Source: Bdellovibrionales bacterium (GTDB lineage: Bacteria > Bdellovibrionota > Bdellovibrionia > Bdellovibrionales > UBA1609). Taken from it: a DNA stretch of 64,000 nt. The notes under the pieces are model-generated. The model did no database searches. It was not told the DNA's origin and saw only the letters and a program-made list of their open reading frames with translations. Below, one piece after another: positions 43,229-52,079 of this stretch. The DNA is taken from NCBI GenBank assembly GCA_965219095.1, contig CBDCMT010000001.1, positions 1,696,001 to 1,760,000 of the forward strand. The letters are read 5' to 3'. Within the stretch, counting starts at the first letter, position 1. Each line of letters opens with the position of its first letter. The position numbers were made by a program, and so were the translations under genes.

Positions 43229-43240
43229 TTCGACATTCTT
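43209..43240. mobile_element. Isolated IS630 terminal inverted repeat
   Basis: TA|ATACCAATTCCAAAAAATAATTCGACATTCTT. Confidence 0.75.
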
Positions 43241-43794
43241 TTGTAGCATAGGTTCCGGAAGAGATCTCCAAAAGGCTTAAGCCCTCAAAATCCATAGGAC
43301 TTAAGTTAACAAATTGTTGGTTATTTTTTGCTTCTAACTTCTACTGTCTTTTTCCGATCGCTAAGTAAAAACTCTATCTTCTTCCATATTTTAAGTTGTT
43401 ACTTCTTATCTTCTTAGCTACTTTTATTTTCTTTCTTAGGCTAAAGCTACCACATTAAATCAATTGATTCTCACCCTCTAGCTTACCTTGTACTAAAACC
43501 TCCATAAGCTTTCCCTATTGACCGATCGTAAAGAGGGGAGGGACTCCCAATTTGAGAAGTTAAATGGAGCTTTTTTAAAAGATGTGAGCTGTGTCCACAA
43601 TAAAGGAAAAAGTGTGTCTAGAATTAGACAAAACAAAAGAGATGTCAAAGCTTAAAAGCACTTAAGATCATTTCATTTTTTCTTATTCAGAAAAAATATT
43701 AAGAAAGTGTCTGCCCCCCCTAAAAGCTTATCTTTCACTCTATCTTAAGATTTTCTTATTGGGGAGGACTATTTTCTACTTTTAACTACTTATA

Positions 43795-43820
43795 AAAAAC
43801 GCCTCCTCATTTGAGGAGGC
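43795..43820 (-). terminator. Intrinsic terminator formed by an ISL3-end-like palindrome
   Basis: Minus strand GCCTCCTCA-AA-TGAGGAGGC-GTTTTT, about 40 nt after stop 43862. Confidence 0.65.
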
Positions 43821-43861
43821 CTTAAAAGAAACTAAGGACAACTAAAAGGGGAAGAAAGAAA

Positions 43862-44856
43862 CTAAGGACAACTAATAGTTTCTTTTGAAGTTAGGGCATT
43901 CACAGCATCAATAACAATATAAGGTTCGTTTTGAAGTGATTTTGTAAAAAAAGTTATTTGCTGATTATTATTTTTTCTTGAACATAAATAATCAATAGCT
44001 CTGGCTGCTATTTCTAATTCAGAAATATATTCTCCTTCTAGAGTTACAAGAGAAGCCACATCTTTTGCATTTAAAATAGCTTGTTTTGCATTTAAAATAG
44101 CTTGTTTTGCTTCTTCATCGTTGTTTCCAAATAAATTTTGAGTACTACTGAACAGCCCTGCAGAAGGACCATTTTCACTACTTTCATGAAAAGAATCACC
44201 TACTCCTTCAACTCCTTCTTCTGCAACTTTTGCTGTTCTCTCACTTGTTGATTTGAATGTATTACCTACTCCTTCAACTCCTTCTTCTGCAACTTTTGCT
44301 GTTCTCTCACTTGTTGATTTGAATGTATTACCTACTCCTTCAACTCCTTCTTCTGCAACTTTTGCTGTTCTCTCACTTGTTGATTTGAATGTATTACCTA
44401 CTCCTTCAACTCCTTCTTCTGCAACTTTTGCTGTTCTCTCACTTGTTGATTTGAATGTATTACCTACTCCTTCAACTCCTTCTTCTGCAACTTTTGCTGT
44501 TCTCTCACTTGTTGATTTGAATGTATTACCTACTCCTTCAACTCCTTCTTCTGCAACTTTTGCTGTTCTCTCACTTGTTGATTTGAATGTATTACCTACT
44601 CCTTCAACTCCTTCTGCAACTTTTCTGCAACTTTTGCTGTTCTCTCACTTGTTGATTTGAATGTATTACCTACTCCTTCAACTCCTTCTTCTGCAACTTT
44701 TGCTGTTCTCTCACTTGTTGATTTGAATGTATTACTTACTCTTTTTGCTTGTACAGCTCCCATGCCTTCTCTTGTTCTTTTTTCTTCAGTTGTTGAACCT
44801 GCTTGAACATGAAATGACAAAAGCAAGCCAGTCACTAATACGATGGTTTTTTTCAT
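43862..44856 (-). pseudogene. Exported protein with 22-aa tandem repeats and DUF2388-like C-terminus; frameshifted in one repeat
   Basis: Signal peptide MKKTIVL...VQA; AGGAGG SD; repeat EEGVEGVGNTFKSTSERTAKVA; C-terminus ILNAKDVASLVTLEGEYISELEIAA. Confidence 0.7.
44199..44735. repeat. 66-bp tandem repeat, 8 units
   Basis: Units start at 44201, 44267, 44333, 44399, 44465, 44531, 44597 (74 bp variant) and 44671. Confidence 0.96.
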
Positions 44857-45250
44857 TTTTTCCTCCTTTTGTTATTTTATTTGTTTTTTGTTTACCTTCT
44901 ATTCCTATCTTTATTACTTACTACTTATAATTATTTGAACTCTTAATTTTCATTAACTCCAAGGTTTTTCTTTCTATAAAAGATTATTTTTCAAATTGCA
45001 AGCAATATTTTGCAGTGCAAAAAAAATATAAAAAATAATGCAATAAATCATTTCCTAAGACGTAGCTTGTTACATTAAAACAGTCTCATACAGGGGGGGT
45101 CAGAGAGGATTAAAAAAGTTTAGTAATAACACGTTTAGTCATGCTTTTTCAGAGCTGTTTTTTCTCTTTTTTTGTCGTAATATGCCCTTTACTTAGACAC
45201 AAGAGCTTTAAATTTATGAACAAGCAGGCAAGTAAAAGTTTAGAAACTTT

Positions 45251-47113
45251 ATGAAAAAAACAAATCAATACTTTCTGCAAGTCTTTTTTTCTTTCCTTTC
45301 TATGCTTTTTTTATCATCTCTCATACGTGTAGTATTTTTCCTATGGAATCGAAACCACTATAATACCGATCTTACGCAACACAGTTTTTTTAGTCTATTT
45401 TTTAGCGGGTTCAATTACGATCTCTTAAGCCTTTTTATTATCAACACACCCTTTCTTCTTATAGCCTCAGGATTTTTGATAAAAAAACGGGGGGAGTTTT
45501 ATAAAAAAATAGGCTCTCTTTTTTTTATCATACCTAATGCTATTTATATTCTTTGGAATATTATTGATGTTAAAGCTTTTCACTACTCTTCCGAAAGAAT
45601 AACGTTTTCTGTTTTCTACAGCTTTCTCAAAGACATTATAGAGCAAAACTTTTACATTTATTACAGCATCCAGCACTGGCATTACTTTTTCCCTGTCACA
45701 GTTTTCTTTTTCGGGTTTTTATGGCTCTTTTATTGGTTAGGAGATGTTGATACAAAAGCCATCACCCCTTACAGAAATAAGCTCAAATTTCTCATACCCT
45801 TCACTATTTTGTTCTTTTCTGTAACCTTCTTTATTGGTTTAAAAAATTCAGAAAACATCAAAATTCCCTCTGCTTTTGTTCTCAATAGTTTTGCCTACAG
45901 TGTTTATGACAAATTTTTTAAAAAAGATATTTATTCAAAGATGAAACTTCTTAACCCTGCAGAAGCCATTTCAAACGTTCAATACAAAGGAACTAACTTT
46001 CAAGAAAAAAAAGTTCATGACAATATTATAATCATTGTATTAGAAAGTATGAACATTGAGTTTCTAAATACAGAATACACTCCTTTTTTAAGCTCCTTAT
46101 CCAAAAAATCTTTTTATTTTCCCAACCATTTCTCTAATGTAAGATCTAGCTTTAAAGCTTTAGCTAACATTCTTTTAGGAACCCCTTACATTGATTTTGA
46201 TGATATAGACAAAAAATGGGAAGGTTTAGGGACTTTACTTGCTAGAGAAGGTTATCATTCCTTCTTTTTTTCTCCTGGTTCTAAGAACTCTATGATGTGG
46301 GATAAAGTCAATGTAACGGCTGGAATTCAAAACCATATTGCCAAAGAAGACTTTCTTAAAAAATATCCTAAAAGCCCTATAAGCCAGTGGGGTGTTTACG
46401 ACGAAGCTTTCTTTCACTTTACAATAGACAAACTTTCAAATCATTTTAAAATATCAAATCAAAAACCTTTCCTCTCTCTTATCTTCACTATCCAGTCCCA
46501 TGCCCCTTATGACATCCCTGAAAAGGATAGAAAAAGATTACAATTTATTGAAAGCAAAATCTTAAGAAGTATACGTTATATCGATGACTCTCTTAAAAGC
46601 TTTTTTAAAAGTGCTCAAACAAAAAAATGGTACAAAAATACTTTATTTATTTTAACAGCTGATCACACCCAGCCTCCTGTTTTAAAAAACATTTATGAAA
46701 CAGCTTTAGGACGTCATAGAGTGCCTTTAATTCTTTTTCACCCCAACAAAAAAATCACACCTTATACATCCCAGAAACTCACTCAACACTCAGACATTTA
46801 TCCCACTATTTTAAGCTATCTAGGCTTAATTCAAAAAAACAAACAATACTTCGGACGATCGGTCCTAGATTCTATCTCCAAAGGAAGGGTTTTTTTAAAA
46901 GAAGACAATAGCTTTATTCTTGTAGAGGGAAAATATGCCTACTACTACTATATCAGTGAAGAAAAAGCACAACTCTTTCAATGGAAAGATTTTTTAAGAC
47001 AAAACCCTTTAAAAAACAAGTTGTTAACGAAAAAATATGAGAAATTGACAAAATCTTACATTAAATATTATGAACTCAAACATAAAGCCCTTAAAAAGAA
47101 TAATCCCCCCTAA
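45251..47113 (+). CDS. LTA synthase-family (sulfatase/phosphoglycerol transferase) membrane protein
   Basis: N-terminal TM segments; NIIIIVLES, WGVYDE, TIQSHAPY, NTLFILTADH, QHSDIYPTIL. Confidence 0.88.
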   Translation: MKKTNQYFLQVFFSFLSMLFLSSLIRVVFFLWNRNHYNTDLTQHSFFSLFFSGFNYDLLSLFIINTPFLLIASGFLIKKRGEFYKKIGSLFFIIPNAIYILWNIIDVKAFHYSSERITFSVFYSFLKDIIEQNFYIYYSIQHWHYFFPVTVFFFGFLWLFYWLGDVDTKAITPYRNKLKFLIPFTILFFSVTFFIGLKNSENIKIPSAFVLNSFAYSVYDKFFKKDIYSKMKLLNPAEAISNVQYKGTNFQEKKVHDNIIIIVLESMNIEFLNTEYTPFLSSLSKKSFYFPNHFSNVRSSFKALANILLGTPYIDFDDIDKKWEGLGTLLAREGYHSFFFSPGSKNSMMWDKVNVTAGIQNHIAKEDFLKKYPKSPISQWGVYDEAFFHFTIDKLSNHFKISNQKPFLSLIFTIQSHAPYDIPEKDRKRLQFIESKILRSIRYIDDSLKSFFKSAQTKKWYKNTLFILTADHTQPPVLKNIYETALGRHRVPLILFHPNKKITPYTSQKLTQHSDIYPTILSYLGLIQKNKQYFGRSVLDSISKGRVFLKEDNSFILVEGKYAYYYYISEEKAQLFQWKDFLRQNPLKNKLLTKKYEKLTKSYIKYYELKHKALKKNNPP

Positions 47114-47216
47114 TACCTCTGATTTTCATTTCAATTTGAAATAAGCTAAGGAGTTTTATCATCTTGACAAATTTTACTTTCATTCCATGTTATAATAGAT
47201 ATGAGAAGGACTTTTT

Positions 47217-49487
47217 ATGTTACACCCTAGAATTCAAAAAACCTTAGGCGAAGCTGTAAATATAGCAGTAAATAACTCTCACGAGTTTGTTGCCTTAGAA
47301 CACGTTCTTTTAGCTTTAACACATAACCACCATGCTAGAAGAATTTTAGAATCTTGTGGTGTGAGTATTGCAAATTTAAGAAAAGATATTTTAGATTTCT
47401 TAAGCAGTCACTATAAGGTAGAAGGAAGCTCTCAAATACTTAAGCAGCCTATGGAGCCACCCCAGACAACTCTCTCTTTACAAAGAACGTTGCAACAAGC
47501 CATCATACAAGTTCAAAGTTGTGACAAAAAAGAAGTGGAAGAATCACATCTCTTAGTCGCTTTTTTTAGTGAATCTGAATCTTATGCTGTATATTTTCTC
47601 AAAAAACATGGAGTAACAAGATATGAACTGGTCAAGCTCTCAACTATAGTACAAAGAGAGATGGAAAGCCATAAAGCCTCCCCTCAAGAACAAGAGTCTC
47701 TGAATCCCCTAGAAATAGACACTCAAGACCAAGATCAAGCTTTTCATGATCCTCTCAACCTTTTTTGTGAAAACTTAAACGAAACAGTTTTAAAAAAGAA
47801 TCACCACACTCTCATAGGAAGACAAAAAGAATTAGAAAGAGTCCTCCATATTATGTCGAGAAAAAACAAAAATAATCCCCTTTTTGTAGGAGAACCCGGG
47901 GTGGGAAAAACGGCTTTAGCTTATGGTCTAGCTGAAAAAATTGTAACCAAACAAGTCCCTCAAGCTTTACGAAAAGCCAAACTCTATGCTTTAAATCTCA
48001 ATACTCTTCTTGCAGGAACTAAATACCGAGGAGATTTTGAGGGACGTTTTAAAGCTATTATTGACAGCCTAAGAAAAAAACATAAACCTATCCTCTTTAT
48101 TGATGAGATCCAGGGTATCATGGGGGCAGGGAGTACTTCAGGAAGCCCCTTAGATATGGCAGGCCTTTTAAAACCTTTTTTGAATGAAGGTCATATAAGA
48201 TACCTAGGAGCCACCACTTATAAGGATTACAGAAAAAGCATTCAAAAAGATTTAGCTCTTTCGAGACAATTTCAAAAAGTAGAGATTAAAGAACCTTCTA
48301 AAAAAGAAACTTTAGAAATTCTAAAAGGCCTCAGGTCTCAGTACGAATCTTACCACAAAGTTAAATACTCTGATGAAGTTTTAAGTTCTATTCTTGAACT
48401 TTCCCATAAATATATAAGAGAGCAATTCTTCCCTGACAAAGCCTTAGATGTTCTCGATGAAGTAGGAGCAAAAGTACACCTTCAAAAAAGAAGAATAGTA
48501 AAAATTGAAGATATCGAAAAAACCATTTCTTTTATGACAAAAATTCCTCAGGAAACAGTATCACAAAATGAAGTGATTTTATTAAAGAACTTAGAAGAAA
48601 ACTTAAACCAAGTTATTTTCGGTCAAAAAGAGGCTGTAGGTAAACTTTCTACGTCTATTAAACTCTCACGTTCTGGCTTAAAATCTAAAAATCAACCTAT
48701 GGGATCCTACCTTTTTATAGGTCCTACAGGAGTAGGAAAAACAGAGCTTTCAAAACAATTAGCCGAAAAATTAGGTATCGATTTCTTACGTTTTGATATG
48801 AGTGAGTACATGGAAAAACATTCTATCTCTCGCCTTATAGGCTCTCCTCCGGGTTATGTCGGCTATGAAGAGGGAGGACTTTTAGTAGAAGAAGTTATCA
48901 AGAAACCTTACTGTGTTTTACTTCTAGATGAAATAGAAAAAGCTCATCCAGATGTTTTAAATCTTCTTCTTCAAGCTATGGACCGAGGTGAAATCACTGA
49001 TCCTAATGGCAAAATTGCTAGCTTCAAAAATTTAATTCTCATTATGACAAGCAACATAGGTGCTTTTGAAACTCATCGAGGTCTCTTAGGCATTCACAGA
49101 AGCAGAGAAGAATCCTCTAGTCTCTCCTTACAAACTGTTAAAAAAAGCTTTAGTCCTGAGTTTTTAAACCGCTTAAGCTCTATTATAGAGTTTAAACCTC
49201 TTCACAAAGAGATTTTGCTTTCTGTTATAGAAAAATTTCTTAATGAATTAAAGGTGCAGCTTTTAGAAAAAAACATTCACCTAATCTGGGATAAAAAAGC
49301 AAAGAATTTCATTTATAATAAAGGCTATGACTCCTCTTATGGGGCAAGGCCCTTTAGCCGTACAATTGATAAACATGTGAAAAAGCCTCTTGTAGATGAA
49401 ATTCTCTTCGGAAGTATCTGTCACGGCGGAAGTGTGAAAATCACAACAAAAAAGGGAGGTGAACTTGACTTTCTCTTCAAAAAATAA
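47217..49487 (+). CDS. clpA: ATP-dependent Clp protease ATP-binding subunit ClpA
   Basis: Clp N-domain; GEPGVGKT; AGTKYRGDFE; GPTGVGKT; RFDMSEYMEKH; no M-domain. Confidence 0.93.
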   Translation: MLHPRIQKTLGEAVNIAVNNSHEFVALEHVLLALTHNHHARRILESCGVSIANLRKDILDFLSSHYKVEGSSQILKQPMEPPQTTLSLQRTLQQAIIQVQSCDKKEVEESHLLVAFFSESESYAVYFLKKHGVTRYELVKLSTIVQREMESHKASPQEQESLNPLEIDTQDQDQAFHDPLNLFCENLNETVLKKNHHTLIGRQKELERVLHIMSRKNKNNPLFVGEPGVGKTALAYGLAEKIVTKQVPQALRKAKLYALNLNTLLAGTKYRGDFEGRFKAIIDSLRKKHKPILFIDEIQGIMGAGSTSGSPLDMAGLLKPFLNEGHIRYLGATTYKDYRKSIQKDLALSRQFQKVEIKEPSKKETLEILKGLRSQYESYHKVKYSDEVLSSILELSHKYIREQFFPDKALDVLDEVGAKVHLQKRRIVKIEDIEKTISFMTKIPQETVSQNEVILLKNLEENLNQVIFGQKEAVGKLSTSIKLSRSGLKSKNQPMGSYLFIGPTGVGKTELSKQLAEKLGIDFLRFDMSEYMEKHSISRLIGSPPGYVGYEEGGLLVEEVIKKPYCVLLLDEIEKAHPDVLNLLLQAMDRGEITDPNGKIASFKNLILIMTSNIGAFETHRGLLGIHRSREESSSLSLQTVKKSFSPEFLNRLSSIIEFKPLHKEILLSVIEKFLNELKVQLLEKNIHLIWDKKAKNFIYNKGYDSSYGARPFSRTIDKHVKKPLVDEILFGSICHGGSVKITTKKGGELDFLFKK

Positions 49488-49528
49488 CATAATAGTTATG
49501 TTGAATGTAAGATGAAGGAGGTGTTTTT

Positions 49529-50473
49529 ATGAGATCAATGGTAACTTTTTTTACTCGCACGTCACTGTTTCTTGTGATCAATGCTCTTGTTTTCATTACA
49601 TTAATGGTAACAGTGAACTTAATTTTTTCCTTTTTTGACATTCAAGCACCAGACCATTTAACCTTTTATCTTATCTTTGCTATTTGTTTCGGTATGGGAG
49701 GGTCTGTCATATCTCTTTTCTTGTCAAAGTCCATGGCTAAAAGATTCATGAAGCTAAGTGTAATTGATGAAGAAAGCCTTCAACAAGATGAAAAACAAAA
49801 ATGGCTTTTAGAAAGAGTACATTATTTCAGCCGTAAGGGCGGTCTTAAAAAGATGCCTGAAGTAGCCATTTACCAGTCTCAAGAACTTAACGCTTTTGCA
49901 ACAGGACCTTCTAAGAATGACTCCCTTGTAGCCGTATCGTCAGGACTCCTTTCTAGTATGTCATCTTCAGAAGTAGAAGGTGTTTTAGCTCATGAAGTAA
50001 GTCATATTACTAATGGGGACATGGTCAGTATGGCCTTACTGCAAGGTGTTATCAACACATTGGCGATTTTTATCGGTCGTATACTAGCGAAAATGGTCAT
50101 GGAGCTTTTAAAAACAGATTCAATTCTGATTTACTTTGTACTTATTTCTGTTTTTGAAATCTTACTCACCCTTTTAGGATCCATAGGTGTTTACAAATTC
50201 TCACGTTGGAGGGAGTTCAGGGCCGATAAAGGAGGAGCAAGACTTGCGGGCAAAGAAAAAATGATCTCAGCTCTTCAAGCTTTACAAAGATACTCTGACA
50301 TCAACAATCTAGCTTTTCAACAAAATACAAGTGTTGAAAGTCGTAAACTTGACACCTTTAAAATCTCAGGAAAACAAAAAACATCTCTTGTAGCAAGGCT
50401 TTTTAGTTCTCACCCTCCTTTAGAAAAACGTATCCGTGCTCTTGAACGTTCAAGAATTGGTATAAGTAGGTAA
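49529..50473 (+). CDS. htpX: Membrane zinc protease HtpX
   Basis: NAFATG, AHEVSH, NGDMV, FSRWREFRAD, SHPPLEKRI. Confidence 0.95.
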   Translation: MRSMVTFFTRTSLFLVINALVFITLMVTVNLIFSFFDIQAPDHLTFYLIFAICFGMGGSVISLFLSKSMAKRFMKLSVIDEESLQQDEKQKWLLERVHYFSRKGGLKKMPEVAIYQSQELNAFATGPSKNDSLVAVSSGLLSSMSSSEVEGVLAHEVSHITNGDMVSMALLQGVINTLAIFIGRILAKMVMELLKTDSILIYFVLISVFEILLTLLGSIGVYKFSRWREFRADKGGARLAGKEKMISALQALQRYSDINNLAFQQNTSVESRKLDTFKISGKQKTSLVARLFSSHPPLEKRIRALERSRIGISR

Positions 50474-50540
50474 AAACAAATTGAGTTATTATGCAACAAT
50501 AGTGCTATGAGTCGAAAATAGTGGAGTTATTTTTAAGGTA

Positions 50541-50688
50541 ATACCAATTACAGAAATTAATTCGATATTTTTATATTCAAATTTAAAATTTTAAAATTGA
50601 CTTAAGGAAAAGCTTCAGTTAGGAGATTTTAAAAAAACTTCTTTTGAGGGGAGGTTGAATTTTCATAAGATATGTTTATTTCATGTAT
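50541..50688 (-). mobile_element. IS630 end remnant
   Basis: TA|ATACCAATTACAGAAATTAATTCGATATTT... matches 56941-57088. Confidence 0.85.
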
Positions 50689-50793
50689 AGTGCTTCCGTT
50701 TAGGTTTTTAGGTTCCTAAGATGGAGAAGTTATCAGTTATCAAAGTTTCTAATTTTACAGGGGTTTTGTGCTTCCTTCATAAGGAGTCTATTT

Positions 50794-51930
50794 TTACTTT
50801 CGTTTTATGTACATTTCATACCAGAAAGAGGATACCTCAGGAGGTAAAGATTGATCTCTTTGGGCCATAAATAAAGCTATAGGGAAGGCGTTATTTTGTA
50901 AAATGATATTTAGTTTTTCTTTATTTGATTCATAAGCCTTTTTATTTTTAAGATCTTTCAGCATTTTTAAAGCTCTTATAATGAATTCTTGTTCGTATCT
51001 AAAAAGCCCTAATTCATCTCTCATCATTCTTATTAGCTTTTTCTCTTTTAGGGGGGCTTCAGGAGATTCTTGAAAGCACTCCCTTGTGATGGATAAAATA
51101 AAGCTAGAAAAAAGTTCTAAGGGGTTATCTTTGTCAATTTTAAAATCATGAAAAGATTTAAGAACTTTAGCTAGATGGCTTTCGGCATGATTGAACGCTC
51201 CTTTTAATATAGGGGCAATGACAGAGAGAACATGAAAGTTGTTAGCCTCAATGAAAGGTAAAGAAGGATCATTAAGCCTTAGTATTTTTATGAACTCCTC
51301 TCTTCTTCTATGAATAGAACTGTGAACTAACTCTCCGACAGATTTTGGAATGGCTTGTCTTAAACTTTCTTCTAAAACAAAATCCAGTTTATAGGAGAAA
51401 CGTATTGCCCGTAAAATACGTATGGGATCTTCCTTGAGTCTTATTTTAGGGTTTCCTATCATATGAATGGTTCTTTCTTTGATATGCTTTAAGCCATTAC
51501 AGTAATCAATAAGGCCTTCTTTAAAAGGATCGTAGAAAATAGAATTGAGGGTAAAATCTCTTCTAAAAGCATCTTCTTTAGGGGTACCAAAAACATTGTA
51601 ATTGATCTTTTTTTGAAAAGCTAAGGCATTGTCATTGAGGTCTTTATGTAAGCCACCTTCTTTTCTAAATGTAGAGACTTCAAAAAGTGCATTTCTTCTA
51701 CGCACTAAAATAAGTTTGAAACGTTTTCCAATAATATAGGATTGGGGAATAAGGGCTTTGATGTCTTTTGGAAGAGCAGACGTGGCAATATCAAAGTCTT
51801 TAGGCTTATAGCCTAAGAGGATATCCCTAATACAACCCCCTACCAAATAGGTTGTGTAGTTTTGAGATTGTAAAATACGTATGATATCAAGAGCTTGAGG
51901 ATCAATATTATTTTTATTAAAACCATTCAT
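50794..51930 (-). CDS. pcnB: Poly(A) polymerase I
   Basis: LVGGCIRD...KDFDIAT; IIGKRF PAP signature; RRDFTLN; EDPIRILRA. Confidence 0.88.
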   Translation of the reverse strand: MNGFNKNNIDPQALDIIRILQSQNYTTYLVGGCIRDILLGYKPKDFDIATSALPKDIKALIPQSYIIGKRFKLILVRRRNALFEVSTFRKEGGLHKDLNDNALAFQKKINYNVFGTPKEDAFRRDFTLNSIFYDPFKEGLIDYCNGLKHIKERTIHMIGNPKIRLKEDPIRILRAIRFSYKLDFVLEESLRQAIPKSVGELVHSSIHRRREEFIKILRLNDPSLPFIEANNFHVLSVIAPILKGAFNHAESHLAKVLKSFHDFKIDKDNPLELFSSFILSITRECFQESPEAPLKEKKLIRMMRDELGLFRYEQEFIIRALKMLKDLKNKKAYESNKEKLNIILQNNAFPIALFMAQRDQSLPPEVSSFWYEMYIKRK

Positions 51931-52079
51931 GTTAATCTACTTATAAGGGCTTTTTTAGAATAAAGGACATTTGTGTGCTGTCGTCAAGAGGAATTTTTTA
52001 TCAGATGGAAGAACAAGAGGAAAAAGGTGTTTGAGCCTGTAAAGAGCCTGTAATACCAATTACAAAAATTAATTTCGAC

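Larger units (their letters stand above)
42336..43794 (+). repeat. Dispersed ~1.3-kb duplication, copy 1
   Basis: Near-identical to 61641-62941 except for the extra segment ~43206-43364. Confidence 0.92.

Noticed and set aside
44253..44660. Plus-strand repeat ORF (PTPSTPSSATF...)
   Set aside because: The minus strand has the SD, signal peptide, C-terminal domain and terminator.
44199..44735. Possible CRISPR array
   Set aside because: Units are contiguous and identical with no unique spacers, the period is a multiple of 3, and there are no cas genes.
47164..47196. TTGACA...TATAAT promoter before clpA
   Set aside because: The 21-nt spacer is too long for the pair; only the extended -10 is plausible.
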